Source of the DNA: a virus | Reading direction: 5' to 3' (one strand) | IMG/VR virus record: IMGVR_UViG_3300008266_000014 | Location: 32,001-96,000 of that record | DNA length: 64,000 nucleotides | Shown: positions 21,409 to 31,719 of the stretch, piece after piece | Position numbering within the stretch: the stretch's first letter is position 1 | Layout of the letters: each line of letters begins with the position of its first letter | Program-made: the position numbers and the translations under genes | Notes under the pieces: model-generated | Seen by the model: the letters and a program-made list of their open reading frames with translations, nothing else | What the model was told of the DNA's origin: nothing | Database searches by the model: none

Positions 21409-22205
21409 TGTTTGGTCAGGTATTCTATCACGACACTATTCGTAAGTATGTAATCTTATTTGGCACTCTTTTTAATGATATCTACATTAAAAAGGGAGAT
21501 GGTACCGACATCACACAGACGATGAAGATACCAATTTCTTACGCTCCCAAGCAGAAGTTCTTGGTAAGATTAACTCAAGATCCAAATCTTAACAAACCAG
21601 TTGCCATTCAACTCCCGAGAATGGGGTTTGAAATGACTAAAATAAGTTATGCAGGTGAGCGAAAGCTTCCAACAATGAACAAAATAGCTGTTCAGGATCC
21701 TACTAATTCTAACAGACTTGCATATCAGTACTCACCAGTACCATATGATCTCGAATTCAGTCTGTACATCTTTGTAAAACAAGCGAGAGATGGAACAAGA
21801 ATACTTGAACAGATTTTGCCTTACTTTACTCCTGACTGGACTGCAACTTTAAATCTCGACAATACAATGCAGCATAAGTATGACATACCAGTGATACTAG
21901 ATTCAGTATCAAGTGAGGATTCATACGAAGGTAGTTTCACTGAGCGAAGAGCTATTATTTGGACGCTAAACTTTACTCTCAAAGGGTATATCTTTGGTCC
22001 CACAAGAAAGGCCAAACCAATTAAAACCAGCTTTATTAATCTTTACAGTATTGGTGCAGATCAGCCAATGAGTAACGCAGTAGGTAATACACAAATTTAC
22101 GACACAATAACGACTATCCCTACTGTTACAGGTAAGACTTTGAGTCAAGTAGAAGCAGATGATGACTACACAATCACCCAAACAATTGACCAATTCTACG
22201 AGTAG
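21408..22205 (+). CDS. gp15: Tail sheath stabiliser / tail terminator gp15
   Basis: FYHDTIRKYVILFGTLFNDI, LPRMGFE, EQILPYFTP, IWTLNFTLKGYIFGP. Confidence 0.92.
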   Translation: MFGQVFYHDTIRKYVILFGTLFNDIYIKKGDGTDITQTMKIPISYAPKQKFLVRLTQDPNLNKPVAIQLPRMGFEMTKISYAGERKLPTMNKIAVQDPTNSNRLAYQYSPVPYDLEFSLYIFVKQARDGTRILEQILPYFTPDWTATLNLDNTMQHKYDIPVILDSVSSEDSYEGSFTERRAIIWTLNFTLKGYIFGPTRKAKPIKTSFINLYSIGADQPMSNAVGNTQIYDTITTIPTVTGKTLSQVEADDDYTITQTIDQFYE

Positions 22206-22575
22206 TGATCCGATAGCGGATGCACTAGAGCTGACTCCTATTCAGGAAATCCTTCCTAAGGAAGTATCTACTACTGAAGCAGTCGACTCGGATTATGAAT
22301 TTGCAAGATCCAATCTCATTAATGTCATAGGCAAGGGAAGTGAAGCACTTGATGATATGCTGGGTGTTGCTCAGATGTCACAGCAACCAAGAGCGTACGA
22401 GGTGATAGCAACTCTAATAAAGACACTTTCTGATTCTAACAAAGATCTTCTTGAGTTATCAAAGAAAGCAAAGGAACTCAAGAAGGATGAGGATCAGGGT
22501 CCGAAGACAATCAATAACAATCTTTTTGTGGGGTCAACTGCAGAACTGCAGAAGCTTTTGAAAAATAATGAGTAA
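22159..22575 (+). CDS. gp16: Terminase small subunit gp16
   Basis: DYEFARSNL, QPRAYEV, NNNLFVGSTAELQKLL; exact start uncertain. Confidence 0.9.
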   Translation: MMTTQSPKQLTNSTSSDPIADALELTPIQEILPKEVSTTEAVDSDYEFARSNLINVIGKGSEALDDMLGVAQMSQQPRAYEVIATLIKTLSDSNKDLLELSKKAKELKKDEDQGPKTINNNLFVGSTAELQKLLKNNE

Positions 22576-24250
22576 AAATGATAGTTATTTGGGTAATAAA
22601 AACCTAAAAAAGGTTGATGTTCCTATAGAATTCACCAAACAACAAATTCAAGAATATGTAAAGTGTGCAAGAGACTGCACATACTTTATTGAGAATTATG
22701 TTAAAATTATTAATGTTGATAGAGGTTTAATTCAGTTTAAACCTTATGAGTACCAAAAAGATATTGTAAAACTGTTTGAGAAAGAGCGTTTTGTAATATG
22801 CAAGATGCCTCGCCAGGTTGGAAAAACAACCATAGTTGTTGGGATTATTCTTCATCATGCTCTATTCAATGAGAATTATAGAATAGCAATTCTTGCTAAC
22901 AAAGAGAAGCAAGCACATGAGATTCTTGGGAGAATCCAGCTGGCCTATGAGCATCTACCAAGATGGCTTCAGCAAGGAATCAAAGAATGGAATAAAGGTA
23001 GTATTGAACTTGAAAATGGATCAATGATTCAGGCAGAAGCAACAGGATCATCTGCTATTCGTGGTACTTCTCAGAATCTAGTTTACCTTGATGAGTTTGC
23101 TTTTGTCCCAAACAATATTCAAGAAAGTTTCTTTTCTTCTGTCTACCCAACAATCTCTTCTGGTGAGACAACAAAAGTATTAATCACTTCAACACCCAAT
23201 GGTTTAAATCTATTTTACAAACTATGGGTTGATAGTGAGAATGAACGTAACTCGTATAAGAGAGTAGATGTTCACTGGTCGGATGTACCAGGTAGAGATG
23301 ATAAATGGAAAGAAGAGACTATAAGGAACACTTCTAAAGAACAGTTCCGTCAGGAGTTCGAATGTGAGTTTATTGGTTCTTCTAACACACTGATCTCCCC
23401 AGAAGTACTAAGAAGGCTTGTTTTTGAAACCCCTATACACTCAAATGATTTTCTAAAAGTATACTCAGAACCATCACAAGATAGATTGTACATGATGATT
23501 GTTGATGTGTCAAGAGGGTTGGGTGGCGACTATTCAGCCTTCATTATATGGGATATCACATCTGCACCGTATTCAGTTGCTGCGACGTATAGAAATAATA
23601 ACATATCAACGCTAGTATTTCCAGAAGTAATTTACACAAGTTGTAGAAAGTTTAACCACTGTTATGTATTGATAGAGACCAACGACTTGGGTCAACAGGT
23701 TGCAGATATACTTCATGAAGATCTTGAATATGAAAACATCATATACACTCAGAAGAATCCTAAAGGACTGACAGAAGTTTCACAGGGTTTCAGGCAGAAT
23801 TCTGTAAAGGGTGTAAGAACAACAAAGACGACGAAGAAGATTGGGTGTAACAACTTCAAAGCTCTTGTTGAAAATGATAAGGTCGTTCTTAAAGACATGG
23901 ATCTTATTTCTGAACTTTATAGATTTGTGAGTGATGGACAGAACTATTCTGCAGAAGAAGGCAATGACGATCTTGCCATGTGTGGAGTTTTGTTTGGATG
24001 GGTAATGACCCAGAATTTCATCAGGGAAATAACTAACCTTGATATTAGACAAAGAATATTAGTAGAGCAGCAGAGAGTCCTTGATGATGAGATGCTGCCG
24101 TTTGGTTTTGTGGAGGATGGGCAACCAGAACCTGAAGAGCTTCCACTAACGAAAGACATACTTCAGGAGCTCATGTTTCCTTCAGAAGATAAGCAAGAAC
24201 TTCATGAAAAATATGCTACTTTTGTTGAAAATAAACAATATTATAAATAG
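22568..24250 (+). CDS. gp17: Terminase large subunit gp17
   Basis: YLGNKNLK, PRQVGKTT Walker A, YLDEFAF, STPNG, FRQEFEC, DDLAM. Confidence 0.96.
   Translation: MSKNDSYLGNKNLKKVDVPIEFTKQQIQEYVKCARDCTYFIENYVKIINVDRGLIQFKPYEYQKDIVKLFEKERFVICKMPRQVGKTTIVVGIILHHALFNENYRIAILANKEKQAHEILGRIQLAYEHLPRWLQQGIKEWNKGSIELENGSMIQAEATGSSAIRGTSQNLVYLDEFAFVPNNIQESFFSSVYPTISSGETTKVLITSTPNGLNLFYKLWVDSENERNSYKRVDVHWSDVPGRDDKWKEETIRNTSKEQFRQEFECEFIGSSNTLISPEVLRRLVFETPIHSNDFLKVYSEPSQDRLYMMIVDVSRGLGGDYSAFIIWDITSAPYSVAATYRNNNISTLVFPEVIYTSCRKFNHCYVLIETNDLGQQVADILHEDLEYENIIYTQKNPKGLTEVSQGFRQNSVKGVRTTKTTKKIGCNNFKALVENDKVVLKDMDLISELYRFVSDGQNYSAEEGNDDLAMCGVLFGWVMTQNFIREITNLDIRQRILVEQQRVLDDEMLPFGFVEDGQPEPEELPLTKDILQELMFPSEDKQELHEKYATFVENKQYYK
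24242..24249 (+). promoter_or_regulatory. T4-type late promoter TATAAATA before gp18
   Basis: Exact consensus 31 nt before the gp18 ATG. Confidence 0.8.
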
Positions 24251-24280
24251 AAAGAAAACTCTTGTCCTTAGGAGAACAAA

Positions 24281-26353
24281 ATGGCATTTCAAGTTAGTCC
24301 AGGCGTAAATGTATCCGAAGTTGACCTAACTACCGTTATCCCAGCTGTTTCAACATCCGTTGGAGCTGTTGCTGGTGTATTTAGATGGGGTCCTGTTGGA
24401 AAAAGAACTTTAGTGAGTTCTGAAATCGATTTAGTATCCAGATTCGGAAAACCTACCAATTATAATTCAGAAACATTCTTCACAGCTGCAAACTTCTTAT
24501 CGTATGGTAACGCTCTTTACGTCGTAAGAGCTGCTAATACAACTGACTACTCCAATGGAGTGATTTCAGCTGTTGCTAATACAGGATCCGTTACAAACGC
24601 TCAAGTATTTGTTGTAAAAAACGATGACGTATATGAGTCTGTTAATACCGCAGTAGATACTGATGTTTTGTATATCGCAAGATATCCAGGTGAACTAGGA
24701 AACTCGTTGAAAATATCGGTTTGTGATAGCATCAACGCCTACAGCAAATCCGTTGACATTCAAAATGGTAACGCCAACCTCGAGTTTGGTTTTATTGAAG
24801 CTGTTGTCGGAAGCAATACAATTACGTTTGGTGTTGCTAATAGTGCTACGGGAACTTTAGCAGAAGCAAACACTAGAATGGTTGCTGTGTTGGCAGAATT
24901 AACTGTTGGTGATGTCGTTGAGGTTGGAAATAATTCTATAGGTAAGCAGTATTTGAAAATTACCTCACTACCAGCTTCAATAGGAACCAACTCCTCTTTT
25001 GCTAATTCGACATATAGATACTTCACTGCAAATGTTGATTCAGTTTATCAGCTTTCTACAGACTATGATAGCAATACATTCTCTAGATATTGGGAATACT
25101 TCAACAATGTAGATGGAGCTCCTGGCGTGTCTACTTTCCAATCTTCTCAGGGTAATTCTGCTGCTGTGGATGAGATTCACGTTGTTGTTGCTGATGAAGA
25201 TGGAAAAATCACAGGTGTATCTGGTACGGTACTTGAAGTTTATGCAGGTCTTTCTAGATCAACCGATGCTAAAACTTCTGACGGTTCCACCAATTACTAC
25301 AAGACTGTAGTAAACGATAATAGTAAGTATGTGTGGTGGGCCAATGACAGATCAACAGCTCCTTCCAACACAGCACTAAATGTTGCTAGTGTTGACACTA
25401 AACCTATCACAATCTCTTTCCAACTAGGTCAAGATGGTGATGGTGAAGATGTGGTAGCTATTGGTACAATCTTAGCGGGATATGATTCGTTTACTTCTGC
25501 TGAAGAGGTTGATATTTCTTTAGTAATGACTGGAAAATCAAGAGGGGGAGCTAATAGTGCCCAGATTGCTAATTACCTAGTAGACAATATTGCTGAGGTA
25601 AGAAAAGACTGTGTAGTGTTTGCTTCGCCAGACAAATCAGACGTTGTTAACAACAGCGCAGCAGATGAGGCTCAGGATATCGTTGATTTTAGAAACGGAG
25701 CTCGTGCTTCTTCGTATCTTGTGATTGACTCTGGTTACAAATATCAGTACGACAAGTATAATGATATTTTCCGTTGGGTTCCTTTAAACGGAGATATTGC
25801 TGGTTTGTGTGTTAGAACAGATTCAACAAGAGATCCTTGGTTCTCTCCAGCAGGATTTAATCGCGGGCAGATTAAGAATCTCGTGAAGCTAGCGTTCAAT
25901 CCTGACAAGGCAGAAAGAGATCTTCTATACAAAAACGATGTTAATCCTGTTGTAACATTCCCTGGTCAAGGTACGGTTCTGTTTGGAGATAAAACAGCAC
26001 TAGGCAAGCCAAGTGCTTTCGATAGAATTAACGTACGTAGACTATTCATTACCCTTGAAAAAGCTATTTCCACTGCAGCAAGATCCTCGCTATTTGAATT
26101 CAATGATGAATTCACAAGAGCTCAGTTTGTTGCTCTTGTAGAACCATTCTTACGCGATGTACAAGGTCGCAGAGGTATTTTGGATTATAGGGTTGTTTGC
26201 GATGAAACAAACAATACTGGCGATGTAATTGATAGGAATGAATTTGTCGGAGATATATACGTGAAGCCAGCAAAAGCTATCAACTTTATTCAACTCAACT
26301 TTGTTGCTGTTAGAACGGGTGTTGCGTTTGAAGAAGTTGTTGGTAGATTTTAA
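24281..26353 (+). CDS. gp18: Tail sheath protein gp18
   Basis: MAFQVSPGV, PWFSPAG, FDRINVRRLF, INFIQLNFVAVRTG. Confidence 0.96.
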   Translation: MAFQVSPGVNVSEVDLTTVIPAVSTSVGAVAGVFRWGPVGKRTLVSSEIDLVSRFGKPTNYNSETFFTAANFLSYGNALYVVRAANTTDYSNGVISAVANTGSVTNAQVFVVKNDDVYESVNTAVDTDVLYIARYPGELGNSLKISVCDSINAYSKSVDIQNGNANLEFGFIEAVVGSNTITFGVANSATGTLAEANTRMVAVLAELTVGDVVEVGNNSIGKQYLKITSLPASIGTNSSFANSTYRYFTANVDSVYQLSTDYDSNTFSRYWEYFNNVDGAPGVSTFQSSQGNSAAVDEIHVVVADEDGKITGVSGTVLEVYAGLSRSTDAKTSDGSTNYYKTVVNDNSKYVWWANDRSTAPSNTALNVASVDTKPITISFQLGQDGDGEDVVAIGTILAGYDSFTSAEEVDISLVMTGKSRGGANSAQIANYLVDNIAEVRKDCVVFASPDKSDVVNNSAADEAQDIVDFRNGARASSYLVIDSGYKYQYDKYNDIFRWVPLNGDIAGLCVRTDSTRDPWFSPAGFNRGQIKNLVKLAFNPDKAERDLLYKNDVNPVVTFPGQGTVLFGDKTALGKPSAFDRINVRRLFITLEKAISTAARSSLFEFNDEFTRAQFVALVEPFLRDVQGRRGILDYRVVCDETNNTGDVIDRNEFVGDIYVKPAKAINFIQLNFVAVRTGVAFEEVVGRF

Positions 26354-26369
26354 TCAAGGAGAAACATAA

Positions 26370-26879
26370 ATGGCTTTCAATATTAATGCATTTAAATCGG
26401 TAGTTAGTACTACCGATTTTGCAAGACCATCGTTATTTCAGGTATTCATTTCTACTCCACCAGGAGTTACTCCGCTAATTCCTTTCAGCCCATTTTTGGT
26501 TCGTTCAGCAAGCTTGCCAGCCTCTACAGTAGGACAGATTGCTATTCCATACGGTGGAAGAACAATCAAAATTGCAGGTGAAAGAACATATGGAGACTGG
26601 TCGACTACCGTTATGAATGATGAGGGATTTATCATCAGAAACGCAGTTGAACAATGGATTGATATTATCAACCAAAGAACAACTAACTTTAGAGCATTTC
26701 CTAGCGAGTACAAAGTTGATCTTACTGTATCACAATACTCTAAAAAAGGTCCTCCACTAAAGCTAATCAAACTTGTTGGATGTTTCCCAACAGCGGTTAG
26801 TGAAATTGGACTTGATTGGGGTACACCTGACGCGATTGAAGAATTTAGTATTACTTGGTCTTACGACTACTGGGAATGA
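26370..26879 (+). CDS. gp19: Tail tube protein gp19
   Basis: ARPSLFQV, ASLPAS, GRTIKIAGERTYGDW, IEEFSITWSYDYW. Confidence 0.92.
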   Translation: MAFNINAFKSVVSTTDFARPSLFQVFISTPPGVTPLIPFSPFLVRSASLPASTVGQIAIPYGGRTIKIAGERTYGDWSTTVMNDEGFIIRNAVEQWIDIINQRTTNFRAFPSEYKVDLTVSQYSKKGPPLKLIKLVGCFPTAVSEIGLDWGTPDAIEEFSITWSYDYWE

Positions 26880-26919
26880 AATGAGAGGGGCTCTGCCCCT
26901 CTTCTAACAAGAGGATAAT

Positions 26920-28440
26920 ATGGCCAGTTTGTTTGGGTACGAGTTTAGAAAGCAGGTACCAGAAGAGGAACCAGTTTCTTTTGCACCACCGTCTAATGAT
27001 GACGGTGCTGTTGTTGTGGCTGCTGGTGGTGCTTATGGTACTTTTGTAGACTTAGAAGGTACTGCAAGAACAGAAGCAGAATTAGTAACAAGATATAGGG
27101 ATATGTCTCTTGTCGCTGATGTGGAGCGTGCAGTAGATGAGATTGTAAATGAATCTATTGTTACGGACGTACGACATGATACAGTTAAGATAAATCTTGA
27201 TAAATTAAACTATCCAGAAAACATTACAACTATTATAACTCAAGAGTTTGATAATATCAAAATGCTCTTGGATTTTGAAAATCAGGCATATGAAATTTTC
27301 AAAAAGTGGTATGTGGATGGAAGGTTGTACTACCATGCAATCATTGACGACGCTAATCCTCGTCTTGGTATTCGCGAACTAAGAAACATCGATCCTAGAA
27401 AGATCAGAAAAGTAAGAGAACAGAAAAAGAAAAGAGATCCTAAATCTCAAACTGTTCTCACACAAAATCAACGTGAGTATTTTATATACAATGAAAAAGG
27501 TTACAACGCGCAAGGAATTGGTAGTGGTGCAGTAGCTGCATCTACTACAGGAGTCAAAATTGCAAAGGACTCTATTGTTCACTGTGTGTCAGGTTTGATG
27601 GACAACAATGGCTCAATGGTGCTCTCTTATTTGCACAAAGCCATTAAACCTTTGAACCAGCTAAGAGTACTTGAAGATGCAACAGTAATTTACAGACTTT
27701 CAAGAGCTCCAGAAAGAAGAATATTTTATATTGACGTTGGCAATCTACCGAAGATGAAAGCCGAGCAATATCTTCGAGATATGATGATCCGTCATAAGAA
27801 TCGGCTAGTATATGACGCATCTACTGGTGAGGTGAGAGACGACAGAAAATTCATGACAATGCTGGAAGACTATTGGCTTCCTCGTCGTGAAGGTGGTAGA
27901 GGTACCGAGATTACAACTCTTCCAGGAGGAGAGAATCTAGGTAAGATTGAAGATGTGGAGTACTTCCAACAAAAACTATACCAATCTCTCAGCGTTCCAG
28001 TAACAAGACTTCAGTCTGAGCAAGTTTATTCTATTGGACGTGCAACAGAGATCACAAGAGACGAAGTTAAATTTAGTAAGTTTATTAAAAGACTCAGATC
28101 TCGCTTTTCAATGCTTTTTCTTAAGTGCCTTGAAAAACAATTAGTATTAAAAGGAGTGGTGACAACTGACGACTGGAAATTAATGTCTCAGTTTATTGAG
28201 TTTGACTTTGCAAGCGACGACTATTACGAAGAACTAAAAGAAACAGAAGTACTAACTACAAGAGTACAGGTTGCAAGCCAAATGGCTCCGTACATTGGAA
28301 AGTATTATTCGCACGACTGGGTTAGAAAACAGATCTTCAAACAGAATGATGAAGAGATGTCAGAGCAGGATTCTAGGATAAAAGATGAGTTAAAAAACAA
28401 TCTTTTATATCCTCCTCCACCAGAAGAGATTCAACAATAA
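26920..28440 (+). CDS. gp20: Portal protein gp20
   Basis: WYVDGR, YRLSRAPERRIFYIDVGNLP, EDYWLPRREGGRGTEITTLPGG. Confidence 0.97.
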   Translation: MASLFGYEFRKQVPEEEPVSFAPPSNDDGAVVVAAGGAYGTFVDLEGTARTEAELVTRYRDMSLVADVERAVDEIVNESIVTDVRHDTVKINLDKLNYPENITTIITQEFDNIKMLLDFENQAYEIFKKWYVDGRLYYHAIIDDANPRLGIRELRNIDPRKIRKVREQKKKRDPKSQTVLTQNQREYFIYNEKGYNAQGIGSGAVAASTTGVKIAKDSIVHCVSGLMDNNGSMVLSYLHKAIKPLNQLRVLEDATVIYRLSRAPERRIFYIDVGNLPKMKAEQYLRDMMIRHKNRLVYDASTGEVRDDRKFMTMLEDYWLPRREGGRGTEITTLPGGENLGKIEDVEYFQQKLYQSLSVPVTRLQSEQVYSIGRATEITRDEVKFSKFIKRLRSRFSMLFLKCLEKQLVLKGVVTTDDWKLMSQFIEFDFASDDYYEELKETEVLTTRVQVASQMAPYIGKYYSHDWVRKQIFKQNDEEMSEQDSRIKDELKNNLLYPPPPEEIQQ

Positions 28441-28449
28441 ATAGGAGAT

Positions 28450-28686
28450 ATGATGGAAGTCGAAACACAACAATATGAATTAAGTGATCTTGTGAAGCTT
28501 GCCTATGAGGATCAACCAGCTCAAATGCAGGATGTTTTTAATGAGCTGATGGGAAGTAGAGTTCAAAACTCTATCGGACAAAGAAAATACGAGATTGCAC
28601 AGAATTTTTTTAATTCTGCACAAGAAGTAGATGCAGATTACGAAGAACAAGAAGAAGAGGATTTAGTAGATGGCCAAAACTCTTAA
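28450..28686 (+). CDS. Acidic prohead core protein (gp67-like)
   Basis: 78 aa, acidic tail, directly after portal; preceded by AATAAATA and AGGAG. Confidence 0.6.
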   Translation: MMEVETQQYELSDLVKLAYEDQPAQMQDVFNELMGSRVQNSIGQRKYEIAQNFFNSAQEVDADYEEQEEEDLVDGQNS

Positions 28687-29665
28687 ACAAATGCTGGAGG
28701 TATACGCTCCTAAGTCGAAAGACGAGAAGCGTTTTAAAGACAAGCACGTTGTCGCTAAGTACAAGCTGGATGAGCCTTCAAAGGACGATAAAGTTTTCAC
28801 TGGAAGTAATGTGAAAGAAGTTGACAGAGAAAACACTCGTCATGGGTATAAGACCGGTAATGATGAAAAAGTCTATGAGCAACACGATTACACAGATGGT
28901 AAGATTGGTACTGTAGAAGTTATCCATCCAAAAGCCATTGTCGTAAGCCATGCAGGAAAAGGCAAGTACAAAGTTCACAAGGTTGGCAAAGAGTTTAGTG
29001 ACGGTATCAAAGTTGGAGAGCATCTGACTGACTCTGAACTCGATGATGCTACAGAAATGGGTGCTAAGATCTATAACAGAAATACTCAGACCAAAACAAA
29101 AATCAAAGAAGAAGCTCTTGACGAGAAGAAACTTACTCCAGCTGAAATGAAGAAGCGTGAGCAAGTAGCAAAAGCTCTCAAGCGTGAAAATCCTAATATG
29201 CCAATGGCCAAGAAAATGGCAATCGCTACTGCTACAGCAAAACGTGTTGCTGAAGAAGATCTTCACGAGAGCGAAGACTCACATAAGGCGTTTCAGGATC
29301 ATCATAATAAAGCTGCAAAGACAATCAAAGATATCACAAAGACACTTTCAGATCACTACAATACTGTAACAAATAAGAACCAGTATAATAAAGGTGAAGC
29401 TCAGTGGCATCATGTTAGTGCAATTAAAAACATCAACAGACAACTAGAAGATTTGCAGCAGGTGGTTGCTCAGGAAGTTGATTATAGCAAACCACCAAAG
29501 CCACTTAAAGAAGGTATTCAACTTGACGACGAAGGTCTTGAACTACTGAACATTGTGTACGACAGTCTCACAGACGAGAACAAAGTAGTGCTAGAAGATA
29601 TTATCGAAAACAATCCAGACCAATTGGTTGAGTTCCTTGATCAGCTGGAGGTGGATAATGGCTAG
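28670..29665 (+). CDS. Prohead core / internal head protein (gp68 position)
   Basis: 331 aa, K/E-rich, modular with IKEE/VAEE/LKE candidate gp21 cleavage sites; MAKTLKQMLE N-terminus. Confidence 0.5.
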   Translation: MAKTLKQMLEVYAPKSKDEKRFKDKHVVAKYKLDEPSKDDKVFTGSNVKEVDRENTRHGYKTGNDEKVYEQHDYTDGKIGTVEVIHPKAIVVSHAGKGKYKVHKVGKEFSDGIKVGEHLTDSELDDATEMGAKIYNRNTQTKTKIKEEALDEKKLTPAEMKKREQVAKALKRENPNMPMAKKMAIATATAKRVAEEDLHESEDSHKAFQDHHNKAAKTIKDITKTLSDHYNTVTNKNQYNKGEAQWHHVSAIKNINRQLEDLQQVVAQEVDYSKPPKPLKEGIQLDDEGLELLNIVYDSLTDENKVVLEDIIENNPDQLVEFLDQLEVDNG

Positions 29666-29999
29666 AGTTCTTTCTAATCAGCTAGGTGGTAAATATGTTG
29701 TGCAGTGTACTGCCAACGATACAATTCAAGTTGCCTCTGCAAACGCTACTGCAAGTGAAACAGTAACTGGTCTAACTATCAATCAAGTGTGGTTCGGATT
29801 AGATTCTGGGTACTGGAAGATCAGCAGGGGAGCAAACACTCTCGTCATTTCAGACACAACTGGATACCTGGACTTTTCAGGTGCTGGTCAAGCACTGACT
29901 CTCGATTCAGCTGCAAATGTAGTTGTTAACTGCACAACTGCCAACTGCACACTAATCATAGATTTCACCAAGCAATCCTCATTCACTAGCGAGTACTAA
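29658..29999 (+). CDS. Small virion/head-associated protein
   Basis: ATG after GGAGG SD (MARVLSNQL...), between core proteins and gp21. Confidence 0.55.
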   Translation: MARVLSNQLGGKYVVQCTANDTIQVASANATASETVTGLTINQVWFGLDSGYWKISRGANTLVISDTTGYLDFSGAGQALTLDSAANVVVNCTTANCTLIIDFTKQSSFTSEY

Positions 30000-30000
30000 G

Positions 30001-30648
30001 ATGAAGTTAATTAGCGAAGTATATGAAAAGGTAAATTTCCTTATAGAAGAAAAGGAAGGTAAGAAGAACTTCTTCATCGAAGGTATCTTCATGGTTTCTG
30101 AAAAAGGCAATAAGAATAATAGAGTCTACAGAAAACATATTTTGGATAGAGAAGTTGAGAGATACAATAGAGAATATATTAAAGAAAACAGAGCATTTGG
30201 AGAATTAGGCCATCCACAAGGTCCTAACATCAATCTCGAGAGAACAGCTATTCTTATCAAGTCTTTAGTTAGCGAGGGAAATAACTTTATTGGCAAGGCC
30301 AAGGTTATGGAAACTCCTTATGGAAATATTGTAAAAAATATTATTATGGAAGGAGGAACTGTTGGTGTTTCTTCAAGAGGCATGGGTTCACTAAAGATGA
30401 ATGACAGCGGCTTAAACGAAGTTCAAGACGACTTCTATCTTGCAACAGCAGCAGATGTTGTTGCCGATCCTTCTGCTCCAGGCGCATTCGTGCGAGGAAT
30501 CATGGAAGGTGTTGAGTGGGTATGGGATAACGGAGTTCTTAAACCTCAGCAAGTAGAAGAAATGAAACAAACAATTCAGAAGGCATCAAGTAGAAACCTA
30601 GAAGAGGCCCAGCTTAAAGTCTTCAAGCAATTCATCAATTCACTGTAA
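30001..30648 (+). CDS. gp21: Prohead protease gp21
   Basis: MKLISE, NKNNRVY, GELGHP, GVSSRGMGSL, DVVADPSAPGAF. Confidence 0.96.
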   Translation: MKLISEVYEKVNFLIEEKEGKKNFFIEGIFMVSEKGNKNNRVYRKHILDREVERYNREYIKENRAFGELGHPQGPNINLERTAILIKSLVSEGNNFIGKAKVMETPYGNIVKNIIMEGGTVGVSSRGMGSLKMNDSGLNEVQDDFYLATAADVVADPSAPGAFVRGIMEGVEWVWDNGVLKPQQVEEMKQTIQKASSRNLEEAQLKVFKQFINSL

Positions 30649-30658
30649 ATCTCAATTA

Positions 30659-30666
30659 TATAAATA
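30659..30666 (+). promoter_or_regulatory. Late promoter TATAAATA before gp22
   Basis: Exact consensus. Confidence 0.8.
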
Positions 30667-30692
30667 ATAAAGATACTTTAAGGAGTAAACAA

Positions 30693-31679
30693 ATGGCAAC
30701 AAAACAACAACTAGATGAATTACAAGTGGGTGGTGGTGCTACTGGTGTCTCAATGGTTCCAGATGCTGGCACTAAGAAAACCACTTTGCCTAATTCTAAA
30801 AGTCAAGGTGACATGGCATCTCAGAAACTTGCTGGTGATCAAGAAGAAACAGATCCAGCAAATAACACAAAGCCAACTGGTGATATGTCTGCTCAAAATG
30901 CAGCTACTATCGCAACTAAACCTAGCGCAGCAGGTGCAAGCATGAAAGAACACATCGACGCAATGTTTAATGGTGAAGATCTCTCAGAAGACTTCAGACA
31001 AAAAGCATCAACAATCTTCGAAGCAGCTGTCCAGGCTCGCATTGCTGAAGAGTTGGTCTCTATTGAAGAGCAGTACGAACAAAAACTAGAAGAAGCTGTT
31101 TCTGAAATCGCTTCTGAGCTAACTGCTAAACTAGATGACTATCTAGATTACTGTGTTGAGCAGTGGATGGCAGAAAATGAAGTTGCTATCGAAGCTTCGC
31201 TAAGATCAGAAATCACAGAAGAGTTCATGGACGGTCTAAAGAACCTCTTTGCTGAAAACTATATTGAGATCCCAGAAGACAAGCTAGATGTTCTAGAGCA
31301 ATTGACTGCTAAAGTCGAAGAGCTAGAGAACAAACTCAACAGCTCGATCTCTGAGAATATCGAACTCAACAAAACAATCGACGAATACACAAAGCAAGAA
31401 ATCTTCGACAACGTTGCTGAGGGTCTAGCTCTTACCCAGGTAGAGAAGCTACGCCAGCTAGCAGAGGGTATTGATTTTGATGGTATGCAATCGTATCAGA
31501 AGAAGTTGGTCCTCGTCAAGGAAAACTATTTCCCAAGCCAGTCTCCTAAAGCTGCTGCAGCTAAAGAAGAAGATGATGCTATCGGAAACAATGATCTAGC
31601 AGAAGACACCCAGATCACTTTCCAGGATCAGTCAGTTAAGCGCTATTTCTCGGCTATTTCGCGCACAACAAAAGTATAA
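30693..31679 (+). CDS. gp22: Prohead scaffold gp22
   Basis: LSEDFRQKASTIFEAAV, DYLDYCVEQWMAENEVAIE. Confidence 0.93.
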   Translation: MATKQQLDELQVGGGATGVSMVPDAGTKKTTLPNSKSQGDMASQKLAGDQEETDPANNTKPTGDMSAQNAATIATKPSAAGASMKEHIDAMFNGEDLSEDFRQKASTIFEAAVQARIAEELVSIEEQYEQKLEEAVSEIASELTAKLDDYLDYCVEQWMAENEVAIEASLRSEITEEFMDGLKNLFAENYIEIPEDKLDVLEQLTAKVEELENKLNSSISENIELNKTIDEYTKQEIFDNVAEGLALTQVEKLRQLAEGIDFDGMQSYQKKLVLVKENYFPSQSPKAAAAKEEDDAIGNNDLAEDTQITFQDQSVKRYFSAISRTTKV

Positions 31680-31682
31680 ATA
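31675..31682 (+). promoter_or_regulatory. Late promoter TATAAATA before gp23
   Basis: Exact consensus overlapping the gp22 stop. Confidence 0.8.
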
Positions 31683-31719
31683 AGAAGAATTATTATCAAC
31701 CCCGTAAGGAGAAGTAAAA

